Made by a program: the position numbers and the translations under genes
IMG/VR virus record: IMGVR_UViG_3300025324_000002
Coordinates: 1 to 59,633 of that record
Direction: 5' to 3' (one strand)
Origin: a virus
Length of the DNA: 59,633 nt
Notes under the pieces: generated by a model
Told to the model about the DNA's origin: nothing
The model's database searches: none
Seen by the model: the letters and a program-made list of their open reading frames with translations, nothing else
Part shown: positions 8,952-18,047 of the stretch, one piece after another
Layout of the letters: each line of letters starts with the position of its first letter
How positions within the stretch are numbered: the first letter of the stretch is position 1

Positions 8952-9959
8952 ATGCCGACTTCATTATATGCGACGATGGAAGCCACCGATCAGGCATTTT
9001 ATGATCGGAAACTTCTCGAACGTGCCTTGCCGGAATTGGTTCACACCCATTTCGGTCAGGACAGACCACTTAAAGACAAAAGCACAAAATCAATCATCTT
9101 CCGGCGCTGGGAATCGCTGAGTCCGAACACGGTCGCGCTCATTGAAAGTATCACCCCGCTCGGAACTTCCCTGTCAAAGACCGACATCACGGCAACCGTG
9201 GCCCAATATGGCGACTATGTTACCGTATCGGACATTCTCACCTGGACTTCTCGCGATGAGGTTCTGAACGAAGCCGCTGATGTTTTGGGTGAACAGGAAG
9301 GTCAATCCCTCGACCAGGTCTGCCGCGACATCATAGTCGCTGGGACTTCGGTGTTTTGCGCCACGGACGATTCAGGTGCAACCGGTACGACTCGGACCGA
9401 CGTTGATGGACTCATCAACGCAGTGGCGATGAACAAGGTTCTACGGTTTCTGCAGAACGGTAATACCAAGCCATTCACCAAGCTCATCAAGCCGGGAACC
9501 GGAATCGGGACTCAGGGCATTCTGCCTGCGTTCTGGTCAATCGTTGCCCCAAATACGTTCTACTCACTCCGCGCCGTGTCGGGATTCGTATCGGTGAAGG
9601 ATTACCCGGCGCAGCAGGAAGTCATGCCGTCCGAAGTCGGGTCGTATCGCGAGGCTCGGTTTGTGATGACGACTTTCGCAAAGGTGTTCATCGACGCTGG
9701 GGCCAACGTGGCCTCTGGTCATCAGAGCACGGGCACCGTCAAGGAAGATGTCTTCGCTACCCTGTTCATGGGGATGAACGCCTACGGTAAGGTGCCACTG
9801 ACTGCGCACGCAACCGAGATGATCACCAAGCCGCTCGGGAGCGCGGGCACTGCCGACCCTTTGAACCAGCGTTCGACCGTAGGCTGGAAGGCAGCGCAGA
9901 CGTTCAAACTATTGAACAACGCTTTCATCAGCAGGCTTGAACACGGAGTGTTAGCGTAA
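8952..9959 (+). CDS. major capsid protein, N4-gp56 family (HK97 fold)
   Basis: 335 aa; FYDRKLLERALPELVHTHFGQ...IIFRRWESL...VAQYGDYVTVSD...LGEQEGQSLDQVCRDI matches the family pattern as I remember it. Confidence 0.85.
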   Translation: MPTSLYATMEATDQAFYDRKLLERALPELVHTHFGQDRPLKDKSTKSIIFRRWESLSPNTVALIESITPLGTSLSKTDITATVAQYGDYVTVSDILTWTSRDEVLNEAADVLGEQEGQSLDQVCRDIIVAGTSVFCATDDSGATGTTRTDVDGLINAVAMNKVLRFLQNGNTKPFTKLIKPGTGIGTQGILPAFWSIVAPNTFYSLRAVSGFVSVKDYPAQQEVMPSEVGSYREARFVMTTFAKVFIDAGANVASGHQSTGTVKEDVFATLFMGMNAYGKVPLTAHATEMITKPLGSAGTADPLNQRSTVGWKAAQTFKLLNNAFISRLEHGVLA

Positions 9960-10034
9960 ATCTAGTGGCTTCGCTTGCTTTTGTTACGCGCCGATCATGG
10001 CAGGAAATTAAAAAACCAGTTGGAGGGTTTTAAA

Positions 10035-10463
10035 ATGAGACAGTATATTTATTTGTTAGTTTTAACCGCTGTCAGCATTATCGTTGATTCGTATCTCAAT
10101 CAATGGCTGGGCTCGGCTGGCGTAGTTCTGGCCGTTACAGGTACGGGCGTGTCTCAACTTGCAGAGTGGGACGTTAAAGGCGGTCTTATGCAGTGGTGGA
10201 CAGGGACCGTTGACCCAGGTTCGATTGCTGCGGCCGCCCAGGAAATTGAGACCTTTACGATTCCAGGGGCAACGGCAGGTGATCCGGTATGGGCGTCCTT
10301 AGAAGCGCCCGTAGCGAACTTGAATATTCAGGGAGCTAAAGTGACCGGTACCGACGTGGTTTCGGTTTATCTTGGATGCAATTACGGAGTGACAACAGCC
10401 GTGGATTCGACAGCCGTGGTTGTGCAGATGATGGTGCTAAAGCGGGCCATCGCCAGCAGCTAA
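10035..10463 (+). CDS. putative capsid-associated or decoration protein with hydrophobic N-terminus
   Basis: GGAGGG RBS; 142 aa; directly after the MCP. Confidence 0.45.
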   Translation: MRQYIYLLVLTAVSIIVDSYLNQWLGSAGVVLAVTGTGVSQLAEWDVKGGLMQWWTGTVDPGSIAAAAQEIETFTIPGATAGDPVWASLEAPVANLNIQGAKVTGTDVVSVYLGCNYGVTTAVDSTAVVVQMMVLKRAIASS

Positions 10464-10464
10464 G

Positions 10465-11058
10465 ATGAAACTGGGTATCGGCATCCCGTATCGCAGCAGC
10501 ATCAAAGTAGTAACGATGATGAGCTTGATTGTCGCGGTGCAGCGGCTCGGCGAAGGCGCGGAGATTTTTTTCTGCGCCAAGCCGGGCGCGTTAGTACACT
10601 GGAACCGTGAAGAGATTTTTGAAATTGCACGGCTGGCGGGATGCACGCACCTTTTGTTTCTCGATACTGACATGAAATTCCCGGCTGTCACGTTTCAAAA
10701 GCTGCTCGACTTGGATAGGGATATTGTCGGCGTGCTTTCATTCAAGCGCGCCTTGCCGCTCATACCTACGGTTCATGTATCAGATGAACAGGCTCCTAAC
10801 GGCTGGCGAAATGCGGCAATAGAGGAAATTCCATCCAGACCGTTCAACGAAATCAGCGGGCGGTCTATCGCGGTCGGAACTGGGATCATGCTTATAAATA
10901 TGGCGCGGGCCGAGCGCGTGGCGCAACCGAGATTCAAAGCAGAGTGGCAGGGACTTGGCGAAGACGTTTATTTTTGCGCTCAAGCCATTGCCGCGGGGTT
11001 AGGGGTTTGGTGTGACCCGACCATACCAATTAAACACATAGGAGACTTTGACTACTAA
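10465..11058 (+). CDS. GT-A fold glycosyltransferase (family-2-like)
   Basis: LFLDTDMKFP (DxD at 10663..10671), GTGIMLI, GEDVYFC, KHIG motifs. Confidence 0.7.
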   Translation: MKLGIGIPYRSSIKVVTMMSLIVAVQRLGEGAEIFFCAKPGALVHWNREEIFEIARLAGCTHLLFLDTDMKFPAVTFQKLLDLDRDIVGVLSFKRALPLIPTVHVSDEQAPNGWRNAAIEEIPSRPFNEISGRSIAVGTGIMLINMARAERVAQPRFKAEWQGLGEDVYFCAQAIAAGLGVWCDPTIPIKHIGDFDY

Positions 11059-11127
11059 TGACCCAAATAATTAACCCAGCTTCGGGGCTGTGAAATACCA
11101 GCCCCTCGCTATAACAAAGGAGTCTAT

Positions 11128-11610
11128 ATGCCACGGAGAGGAAGGCCGAGAAAAGATATCGGCATTGAAGACATCGAAGGGGAGAGATTTCGGGCACAGC
11201 AGAGTTTTGTCAGTGAAAGGGAAAAACAACTGAACGAAACTCACTACTGGATTACCTTTCATCGTATGGGCGAGCAGGATCAAGTTCGGGACGTATTTAT
11301 CGGCGCCGCGGGAGTGAGCTATAACATCCGCAAGGGTGAACGCGTGCCGTTGCCCGAGTCCGCGATCAACGCGCTGAAGCTCGCCGTTCGCCAAGGGCTT
11401 GACCACGGTCATCCCATCGATATCAACGGGAAAAAGTATCTCAGGAAGATCCAAGAATCGGAGTACTCCTACACTATTGACGGGCAATGCAGCCCCGAGG
11501 AAGCGGCGGAGTGGAAGGCCGGTGTGAAGCGAGCGGCGGATAAAGATTCCGATATTGTGCAGATCGGCGGACCACCGGATGCCGATCTTGTGGAAGTCGG
11601 CGTGGCATGA
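11128..11610 (+). CDS. hypothetical virion-module protein (AT-hook-like RRGRPRK N-terminus)
   Basis: 160 aa; AAGGAG RBS. Confidence 0.5.
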   Translation: MPRRGRPRKDIGIEDIEGERFRAQQSFVSEREKQLNETHYWITFHRMGEQDQVRDVFIGAAGVSYNIRKGERVPLPESAINALKLAVRQGLDHGHPIDINGKKYLRKIQESEYSYTIDGQCSPEEAAEWKAGVKRAADKDSDIVQIGGPPDADLVEVGVA

Positions 11611-12080
11611 AATTACGCGGCTTAATGGTCATGGTTCTGTGCTTTCTCTTCGTGCGTAGCGGCGATGCGGCGATGCTGTTTATCGATCTCGGGACCGATA
11701 TTGTTTTCTGCGATGGCACTATGCACGAAAAGTCATGGATTAATAATACCGGCGCGTCCCTATCGTTGATTCGAGCCATACCCCGTGCCGGATTGGATTT
11801 AGGATCAACGCAGGATTTCTACCATATCATCTATCTGACCCCAGGTCCTGCCGAACAGGCCATCCCTGTAGCCATGCAGGAAGGTGACGCGAGCTATAGG
11901 CGCGGCCATGATGGCGCTTATAACAAGCTATGGGATTGGCATGAGGGGGATATTGTAGTCCCGCTAGGCTGGCGAATTTTTACCCGCTATGGCTGTGCGG
12001 CCTTTCTTGACAATCCAGATTTTAATATAACGGCACCCCAGACCCGAACAGCATTCAGGGCGTATCTTTGGTTTAAATAA
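11607..12080 (+). CDS. hypothetical protein with N-terminal signal-peptide-like segment
   Basis: ATGA overlap; MKLRGLMVMVLCFLFVRSGDAA. Confidence 0.5.
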   Translation: MKLRGLMVMVLCFLFVRSGDAAMLFIDLGTDIVFCDGTMHEKSWINNTGASLSLIRAIPRAGLDLGSTQDFYHIIYLTPGPAEQAIPVAMQEGDASYRRGHDGAYNKLWDWHEGDIVVPLGWRIFTRYGCAAFLDNPDFNITAPQTRTAFRAYLWFK

Positions 12081-12728
12081 ATGATCAAAGACGAAGTCAT
12101 CGATAGAGTTGTCGAGCTGGTATCTGATAAGTCCGGTGAGATGCGGCTACTCGTGTCTCATTGGGTAGATATCGTCTTGGCTGATATCGCATCGCGCGGG
12201 CTGCTTCATTCCCTCAAGAGGGGGGAGAATGCCTATACCCTAGTGCTCGGGCAACGTGACTACACACTGCTCTCGACTACCGATCATATTACACAGGTAT
12301 TCGTGCTGGCATGGGGATCGGAGGGCAGGCTGACGAAGAAAAGCGACGACGAGTTTTTAAAGCTCGTATTAGACGAGGGTACGACTCAGGGCCGTCCTAA
12401 ATATTACAATGTGTTTAGCAATCTTATTAGGTTTCATCCCGTACCGGACTTGGCTAGCGCCCCGGTTAGTCCAAGCGTAAGTGAGAAAGTAACGACATGG
12501 GGATATAGAGACATAGCCAGTATTGCCGATACAGCCGACATCCCTGAACTCAAGCTCAAGCACATTCCGACTCTGATCTACGGTGCCTATTCGTTCGGTG
12601 CAAAATTCGACTCGATACTCGATGCCGCCGATGCAACCATGAAGTACGAGCGCGGAGTCAACAGAATCATAGGCGATTCCAATAGAGACCTCGATAGACC
12701 GTCGCAGGTGCCGTATCAGGATTTGTAA
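12081..12728 (+). CDS. putative head-tail adaptor
   Basis: 215 aa; position and general adaptor-like pattern only. Confidence 0.4.
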   Translation: MIKDEVIDRVVELVSDKSGEMRLLVSHWVDIVLADIASRGLLHSLKRGENAYTLVLGQRDYTLLSTTDHITQVFVLAWGSEGRLTKKSDDEFLKLVLDEGTTQGRPKYYNVFSNLIRFHPVPDLASAPVSPSVSEKVTTWGYRDIASIADTADIPELKLKHIPTLIYGAYSFGAKFDSILDAADATMKYERGVNRIIGDSNRDLDRPSQVPYQDL

Positions 12729-12731
12729 ACA

Positions 12732-14252
12732 GTGGGAATTCTAGCTCCTGATTATACGATAACCTCTTTCGCCGGAGGTGTTAATACCCGTGACCATCCC
12801 GTGGGGGAGGGTTTAGGCAGGGCCGATTTAGTGACCTGCGTGAATATGATGCCGCTCGGTAGCTCGCTTCAAGGCAGGGGCGGGCAGACAGAGTTATTCG
12901 GAACGCAAATCGACGCCAACCCTATTCGTAGTCTCTACAGGTTCTATAAAAATTCTGGAACACGAATCACGGTCGCCACTTCGGGAACCAAGGTTTACAC
13001 TGTAACCGGGTCCGGTGCTACAGAAATTGATGCCGCCTACACTGCGGACAAGAAATTCTCGATTGTGAATTGGTCCGTCAAGGATAAGATCTACTGGATC
13101 AACAATTTTGAAGTACTGAAAAGCTATGATGGCACCACGGTTGCCTCAGTCGGCGGCAGCCCTCCGATCGGATCACAGGTCGAGCTCCACGACGATCGAT
13201 TATGGATACTCCAAAACAACCTCGTTTACTTCTCAGACCTGAACGTTGACAATGTTTGGCCGGCGGCCAATGCTCTCAATCTTGCGGATAAGTTTGGCGG
13301 CACAGGGCAGTTTCTGAAATCGTTTGGCCGTGGACTTCTGATAGCCGGCAAGGATTCCGGCATATATCGCTTTGAGGGTTCGCCGAAACTTGGCGGGAGG
13401 CTCACCAGATACAGCGATGTCAAGTGCGTGGCGCCATGGAGCGCCGCTATCGTCCCGTCGCAAAAGGGGACGCCCGACAGCTTGATCTTTCTTGCTCAGG
13501 ACGGAGTTTACGCTACGGACGGATTTAACTGTGGTCATATTTCGGAAAAGATCGATCCGTTATTTACCGGCTTTTTTCGTACCGCAGTTGGAAAATACTA
13601 TCCTAAAAAGCGACAGTACTTTCTTGCCTTTTCAACTACGGGCGCGGCCAATGATCAATTTTGGGTTGCTACCTATCTCGATACTCCAAACGGTTCTTAT
13701 ATTTCATGGAGTCCGTACACCGGATTTAACGCCGATTCCTTTTCGGTATGGGACGGACCACAAGACAGCGGAGAAATCTACTATGGTCGGTCGGACGCTG
13801 GCAAGATTCGCCAGGCAGATATCGGGGTTCAGGATGTCGGGGTTGATTATAAGTGCAGCTTTCAGACCCGATGGGAAAATTTTGGAACCCTGACGCGCGC
13901 GAAGCAGGCCCGTTGGTTGTTTCCTGTGTTTGAGGCGACCCAGCCTGTCAATTACCAAATCGGCTATACCTTCGGTCGAAGTGTAGTCACTGGGGCTCTG
14001 GATGACCGAGGGCAAAGCGGAATTGCATGGGGACCGGGAACGGTGACATGGGGACCGGGAACGGTGACATGGCTGCTTGGCGGTCCTTTAGAAAATGAAG
14101 TGTCCTCAGTTTTGAACTTTAACTGGGGAAGGTATCTATCTTTTTACTTTGAAAATACCGGAGAAGGCAGTGGCTTTAAGTTTCATCAATTGGGGGCACA
14201 GTTAAAAATTAAAGATAGCCATCTCCGTCAGCCTTTTGCTATTGCTTCTTAG
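12732..14252 (+). CDS. putative tail tube/nozzle (beta-propeller-like) protein
   Basis: 506 aa with repetitive beta-strand blades; contains the WGPGTVT tandem repeat. Confidence 0.5.
   Translation: MGILAPDYTITSFAGGVNTRDHPVGEGLGRADLVTCVNMMPLGSSLQGRGGQTELFGTQIDANPIRSLYRFYKNSGTRITVATSGTKVYTVTGSGATEIDAAYTADKKFSIVNWSVKDKIYWINNFEVLKSYDGTTVASVGGSPPIGSQVELHDDRLWILQNNLVYFSDLNVDNVWPAANALNLADKFGGTGQFLKSFGRGLLIAGKDSGIYRFEGSPKLGGRLTRYSDVKCVAPWSAAIVPSQKGTPDSLIFLAQDGVYATDGFNCGHISEKIDPLFTGFFRTAVGKYYPKKRQYFLAFSTTGAANDQFWVATYLDTPNGSYISWSPYTGFNADSFSVWDGPQDSGEIYYGRSDAGKIRQADIGVQDVGVDYKCSFQTRWENFGTLTRAKQARWLFPVFEATQPVNYQIGYTFGRSVVTGALDDRGQSGIAWGPGTVTWGPGTVTWLLGGPLENEVSSVLNFNWGRYLSFYFENTGEGSGFKFHQLGAQLKIKDSHLRQPFAIAS
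14026..14072 (+). repeat. 21-bp perfect tandem repeat x2.2 inside the tail gene
   Basis: catggggaccgggaacggtga repeated head to tail; encodes AWGPGTVTWGPGTVTW. Confidence 0.9.
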
Positions 14253-14263
14253 GAGTTGAATCA

Positions 14264-15067
14264 ATGGGCGTAATTGTAAAACCGAATACTTTTACAGGTG
14301 AGGCTGCGCCTCAACTCCCATGGCTCGATGCTGATATCGATACCATCTACTCCGAATTCAACGGCAATATCGACAATGCGAACGTCAAAGCCAATGCCTT
14401 AATTGCCGAATCCAAAATCGCGAACCTCGTTACCGATCTCGCCGCTAGATTGTTATTGTCGGGAGGCGAACTAACCGGCCTATTGCATATATTTACCGCC
14501 GCCGCAACTATTTACTTAGAAGACTCCGGTGGAAAAGAATTTGCTATCGGATCGGGCGGCAATAGCATTATAATTTCCGAAAACACCGGAACGCATGCCG
14601 CGCCGGTTTATACAGAGCGTTACACATTGCCGAGCGGCGCTGGCGGACCGGCGACAGGGAACGATCTAACCACTAAAACCTATGTTGATGGGTTACACGC
14701 CTGGCTAGTTAATGGCGCGGCGCCCGCTACTCCGGCGGCGAATACTCTTTACCGTGACTTGATTGTAAAGGGGTGGTTGGAAACCAGTGGCGCTGGAGCT
14801 TGGACCATCGATGCTGATGTTAACGTGGCCTCCATTACCGACAATGGCGTTGGCAACTTTACGATCAACTGGGCTACGGCGTTTGCGACTGCAAATTATG
14901 CGGTGGTTGGATCGGGCGGATCTCTGTCCGGCGATCCTCTATACCTCCGCGAAGATCCGGCAACCCCAAAGACTGCCAGTGCAGTGACGTTAATAGTTAC
15001 GGGCACATCGGGCGTTCCGGGAGACCCCGACGTAGGAGTAAGTGTGATGGCGATAGGGGCACAATAA
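14264..15067 (+). CDS. tail fibre protein
   Basis: N-terminus PNTFT...LDADIDTIYSEFNGNIDNANV...SKI is a common fibre N-terminal pattern. Confidence 0.6.
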   Translation: MGVIVKPNTFTGEAAPQLPWLDADIDTIYSEFNGNIDNANVKANALIAESKIANLVTDLAARLLLSGGELTGLLHIFTAAATIYLEDSGGKEFAIGSGGNSIIISENTGTHAAPVYTERYTLPSGAGGPATGNDLTTKTYVDGLHAWLVNGAAPATPAANTLYRDLIVKGWLETSGAGAWTIDADVNVASITDNGVGNFTINWATAFATANYAVVGSGGSLSGDPLYLREDPATPKTASAVTLIVTGTSGVPGDPDVGVSVMAIGAQ

Positions 15068-15068
15068 A

Positions 15069-15413
15069 ATGAAAGTCCGAGTGTACCAAGAACCATCCGG
15101 CAATCTGAGAATAGTTCGGATCAATCCGCGCCTTCGAGAAGTAGACGAAAGCGACGATGATTGCTTTATCAGGATTGCAGGGATGGCAGAAGCTGGCGAT
15201 TCGTCGCTGCAAGGGTTATCCTTCGTGGACGTGGATGAGGCCGAAATCCCCACTGATCGCGCTGAGCGCTATAAATGGCGCATACAGGCCGGAAAGTGCG
15301 TTGTCGATAAGACCATTCCAGATAAGTTTGATCCTAGAGAAGACTTGAAACAACGGATCAATGCCGCCACGACTATTGCTCAATTGAAGGTGTTGATGAG
15401 GGAATTAGTCTAG
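15069..15413 (+). CDS. hypothetical protein
   Basis: 114 aa, tightly packed. Confidence 0.5.
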   Translation: MKVRVYQEPSGNLRIVRINPRLREVDESDDDCFIRIAGMAEAGDSSLQGLSFVDVDEAEIPTDRAERYKWRIQAGKCVVDKTIPDKFDPREDLKQRINAATTIAQLKVLMRELV

Positions 15414-15694
15414 TGCCTAGACGTGTCCAAAGTGGAGGTGAGTTCGAAGAGCAATTCAGGGAGATAATTGATACCGCCCTGGATAAAACTATTTATGCCG
15501 AAGTCACAACGCACGCGACACCGGATACCGAGTTTTCTATCGAGCATGGCATGGGTGTCATCCCAACGGGTTATATCCCGATCAAGCAAGACAAGGCGGC
15601 TTCTATATACGATGGTACAACGGCAAACACTACCAGCCTGCTTTACCTTCGCTGCAATGTGGCGTCCGTAGCAGCTAGAATACTGATATTTTAA
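15413..15694 (+). CDS. hypothetical virion-module protein
   Basis: 93 aa; start overlaps the upstream stop. Confidence 0.5.
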   Translation: MPRRVQSGGEFEEQFREIIDTALDKTIYAEVTTHATPDTEFSIEHGMGVIPTGYIPIKQDKAASIYDGTTANTTSLLYLRCNVASVAARILIF

Positions 15695-16134
15695 TGCAAC
15701 GCATCGGATCATACCTCGACGACAAACAGGGCGAACTGCTCCTGACCGCCTACAGACTTGCCCGAAAGTCGTTTCCGAATGCCACCTCGGATGAACTTCT
15801 TGACCTGTTGGAACTTTGCCGAAAAAACAACGGGCTTTTTATTGATCGGGATTTAGAAATTGTTATGGGCGTATTTTGGTACTATCCGGGGAGTCGAATT
15901 GCGGGCAAGAAGATGGTCGATATTGTCAAAGAGTATGACTTGGACACTTTGAAGTTGTTGGATCTGCGTGAAGGCAGCGTTCTCCATATTGTGGGATACG
16001 TCGGACCCAAGGGTGCATTCCCAATGGTTAGGAAGATGATTCACGATCTTAACCCGCGTGCTGTATCGACGCATCGTGAAAAGCCGGAAGGGCGATACTT
16101 CGCTCTTAGAAAGAACACGAGTCACCATGTTTAG
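15694..16134 (+). CDS. hypothetical protein
   Basis: 146 aa; TAATG overlap. Confidence 0.5.
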   Translation: MQRIGSYLDDKQGELLLTAYRLARKSFPNATSDELLDLLELCRKNNGLFIDRDLEIVMGVFWYYPGSRIAGKKMVDIVKEYDLDTLKLLDLREGSVLHIVGYVGPKGAFPMVRKMIHDLNPRAVSTHREKPEGRYFALRKNTSHHV

Positions 16135-16816
16135 ATTTGATATTCGGTCGTTGTTTGACTGCGAAGACTCCTTTTATATTCCTGGAATTTGCTGCATTAG
16201 CATGGGCAAAAGTAAAACAAAGAGCCAATCGTCAAGCGGGACGCGATGGAATTCCGAATTCATGAACGAACTGGAGAAAAACGCTCCGCCCATTCGATAT
16301 TCCAATGAGCAAGATGGCGTCACGGTTGAAGGTGGCGAAGAAGGAGTGCCCCAACAATTCAACCTTGGATTGCCTAAATTCCGCGGCCTCGAAGACTTGG
16401 ATTTTGATAAGCTGGAGAAAGGGCTTTACACCAGACAGATTCAAAATACCGATCCCCAATATAAGCAGGCCAGAGCAACGCGCCGGGAGGAACTATCGCA
16501 GTCCGGCCTGTTGGATTCTCCGGTACAGTACAGCGAGGGTGGCGCAATCGATCAGCTAGACAAGGCGTATCTTGCTGAGACGCAAAAGGCCGCGCAAGAC
16601 GCATCGAACAAAACTATCGAGTTGAAGGCTCAGGAGCTAGCCCGCAAAACTGGCTTTGATATCGATATGGTGAAACTGTTCCAGACCATCATGATGCAAT
16701 ATGCCGATGTAGCCTTAAGAGCTGGTCAATTTGGTCAGCAAAGCAGCGTGGGCAGCGGTAGTCAAAGGGGATTTATTACATTCGGTCCCAGTAGCAGCGG
16801 CAGCACCGCCGAATGA
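16127..16816 (+). CDS. putative internal virion protein
   Basis: ATG overlaps the upstream stop by 8 nt (alternative ATG at 16202); Gln/Ser-rich. Confidence 0.45.
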   Translation: MFRFDIRSLFDCEDSFYIPGICCISMGKSKTKSQSSSGTRWNSEFMNELEKNAPPIRYSNEQDGVTVEGGEEGVPQQFNLGLPKFRGLEDLDFDKLEKGLYTRQIQNTDPQYKQARATRREELSQSGLLDSPVQYSEGGAIDQLDKAYLAETQKAAQDASNKTIELKAQELARKTGFDIDMVKLFQTIMMQYADVALRAGQFGQQSSVGSGSQRGFITFGPSSSGSTAE

Positions 16817-16832
16817 AGATAGTTAGGGAGAG

Positions 16833-18047
16833 ATGGGCATGGCTGAAATTCGACTTCCCTTTGGTCTTAATGATGTAGTCAGAGCCGGCAGACGGTTAGG
16901 CGGAATCAGTCCAGAGGATTATGTCAGGTCGCAGGAATTTAGAGATTTGATGACTTCTGGCTTTAAGCAACAAATCGCCGGTGAGGAACCTACCGATTTA
17001 ATGAAGATCGAGGGAGAATTGATGCGTAGGGGGTGGGGGCCTAAGACATCACAAGCTTATGTTAGTGGTGTTACCGATCGTTTAAAAACTGCGCACACCT
17101 ATCGCACTGTTGCCGAAGTCAATAAAGAAAATGCTCCACGGACCCAATTTGCTGAACCCGAAACGTTGCAACTTAATCCTATCCAACAGCCCGCCTCGCC
17201 GATCAACCGCCAAACCTTCGGGCTTGGCGCATCCGGCCTGGAGCAATCTGCTAAAGATCTGGCGCCATCGTTCGGGCCGATAACCGGGAGTACGCCGCGT
17301 CGGAATCTCCGCCAAGACCAGGCAATGAATATCATGCCGGAAGAGGCATGGAAAAATCCGTATCAAGTCGGCTCGTTCATGGAGGTGCCACAGAGACAAG
17401 CGCACCTAGAAGCCCAAAGAGAGAATCAGGCAGCACAGGCGCAACGTAATATCGAACAGGCGGGTAGGGATAAAACACTCAGGCGGTTAGAAGAACTAAA
17501 GGAAGAAACAATCAGGGGGTTGAGTAGCGAGCCGGGGCCAGCAGGCGAGCCTAGCCAACGGGCAATAGCCTTGTCTCCTACGGGACTGGTGCAATATCTA
17601 CCACAGAGAGAAAAGACGGAAGACCCGCTGTTGGAAGAGAGGCGAAAACTTTTAGAATCGCAAACGGCAGAGAGTGGCGCGCGGGCCGGTTATTATCGTG
17701 GGCGCGAAGGCAATAGAGGCAACGCAAGCACATTAACACCAGCAGCTATTGCCACCCGTCTAAACGGAATTGGCCGCGCGCTCCAAGATCCATTGTTGGA
17801 GGATGAGGACAGAGAGGAACTTATTGCCGAAGCAAAGGCACTGCGTCAGGAATTGTTGGGCCGGACTCGGGGTGGCGCCGCCACATCGCAGCCGGGCGGT
17901 CCCAGGCCCGCAATGAATGCGCTTCCCGATCCTAAAAAGAATAAGGGGCGGATTGTCCGTGATACCCAAACAAATGACCGCTTTCAGTCGGACGGAAAAA
18001 GCTGGGTGAAGTTAAGTGCCGGCGCGCCGGCTGGTAGGGAATACTGA
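16833..18047 (+). CDS. putative internal virion protein (Gln/Glu/Arg-rich)
   Basis: 404 aa; its stop overlaps the start of the 1746-aa gene. Confidence 0.5.
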   Translation: MGMAEIRLPFGLNDVVRAGRRLGGISPEDYVRSQEFRDLMTSGFKQQIAGEEPTDLMKIEGELMRRGWGPKTSQAYVSGVTDRLKTAHTYRTVAEVNKENAPRTQFAEPETLQLNPIQQPASPINRQTFGLGASGLEQSAKDLAPSFGPITGSTPRRNLRQDQAMNIMPEEAWKNPYQVGSFMEVPQRQAHLEAQRENQAAQAQRNIEQAGRDKTLRRLEELKEETIRGLSSEPGPAGEPSQRAIALSPTGLVQYLPQREKTEDPLLEERRKLLESQTAESGARAGYYRGREGNRGNASTLTPAAIATRLNGIGRALQDPLLEDEDREELIAEAKALRQELLGRTRGGAATSQPGGPRPAMNALPDPKKNKGRIVRDTQTNDRFQSDGKSWVKLSAGAPAGREY

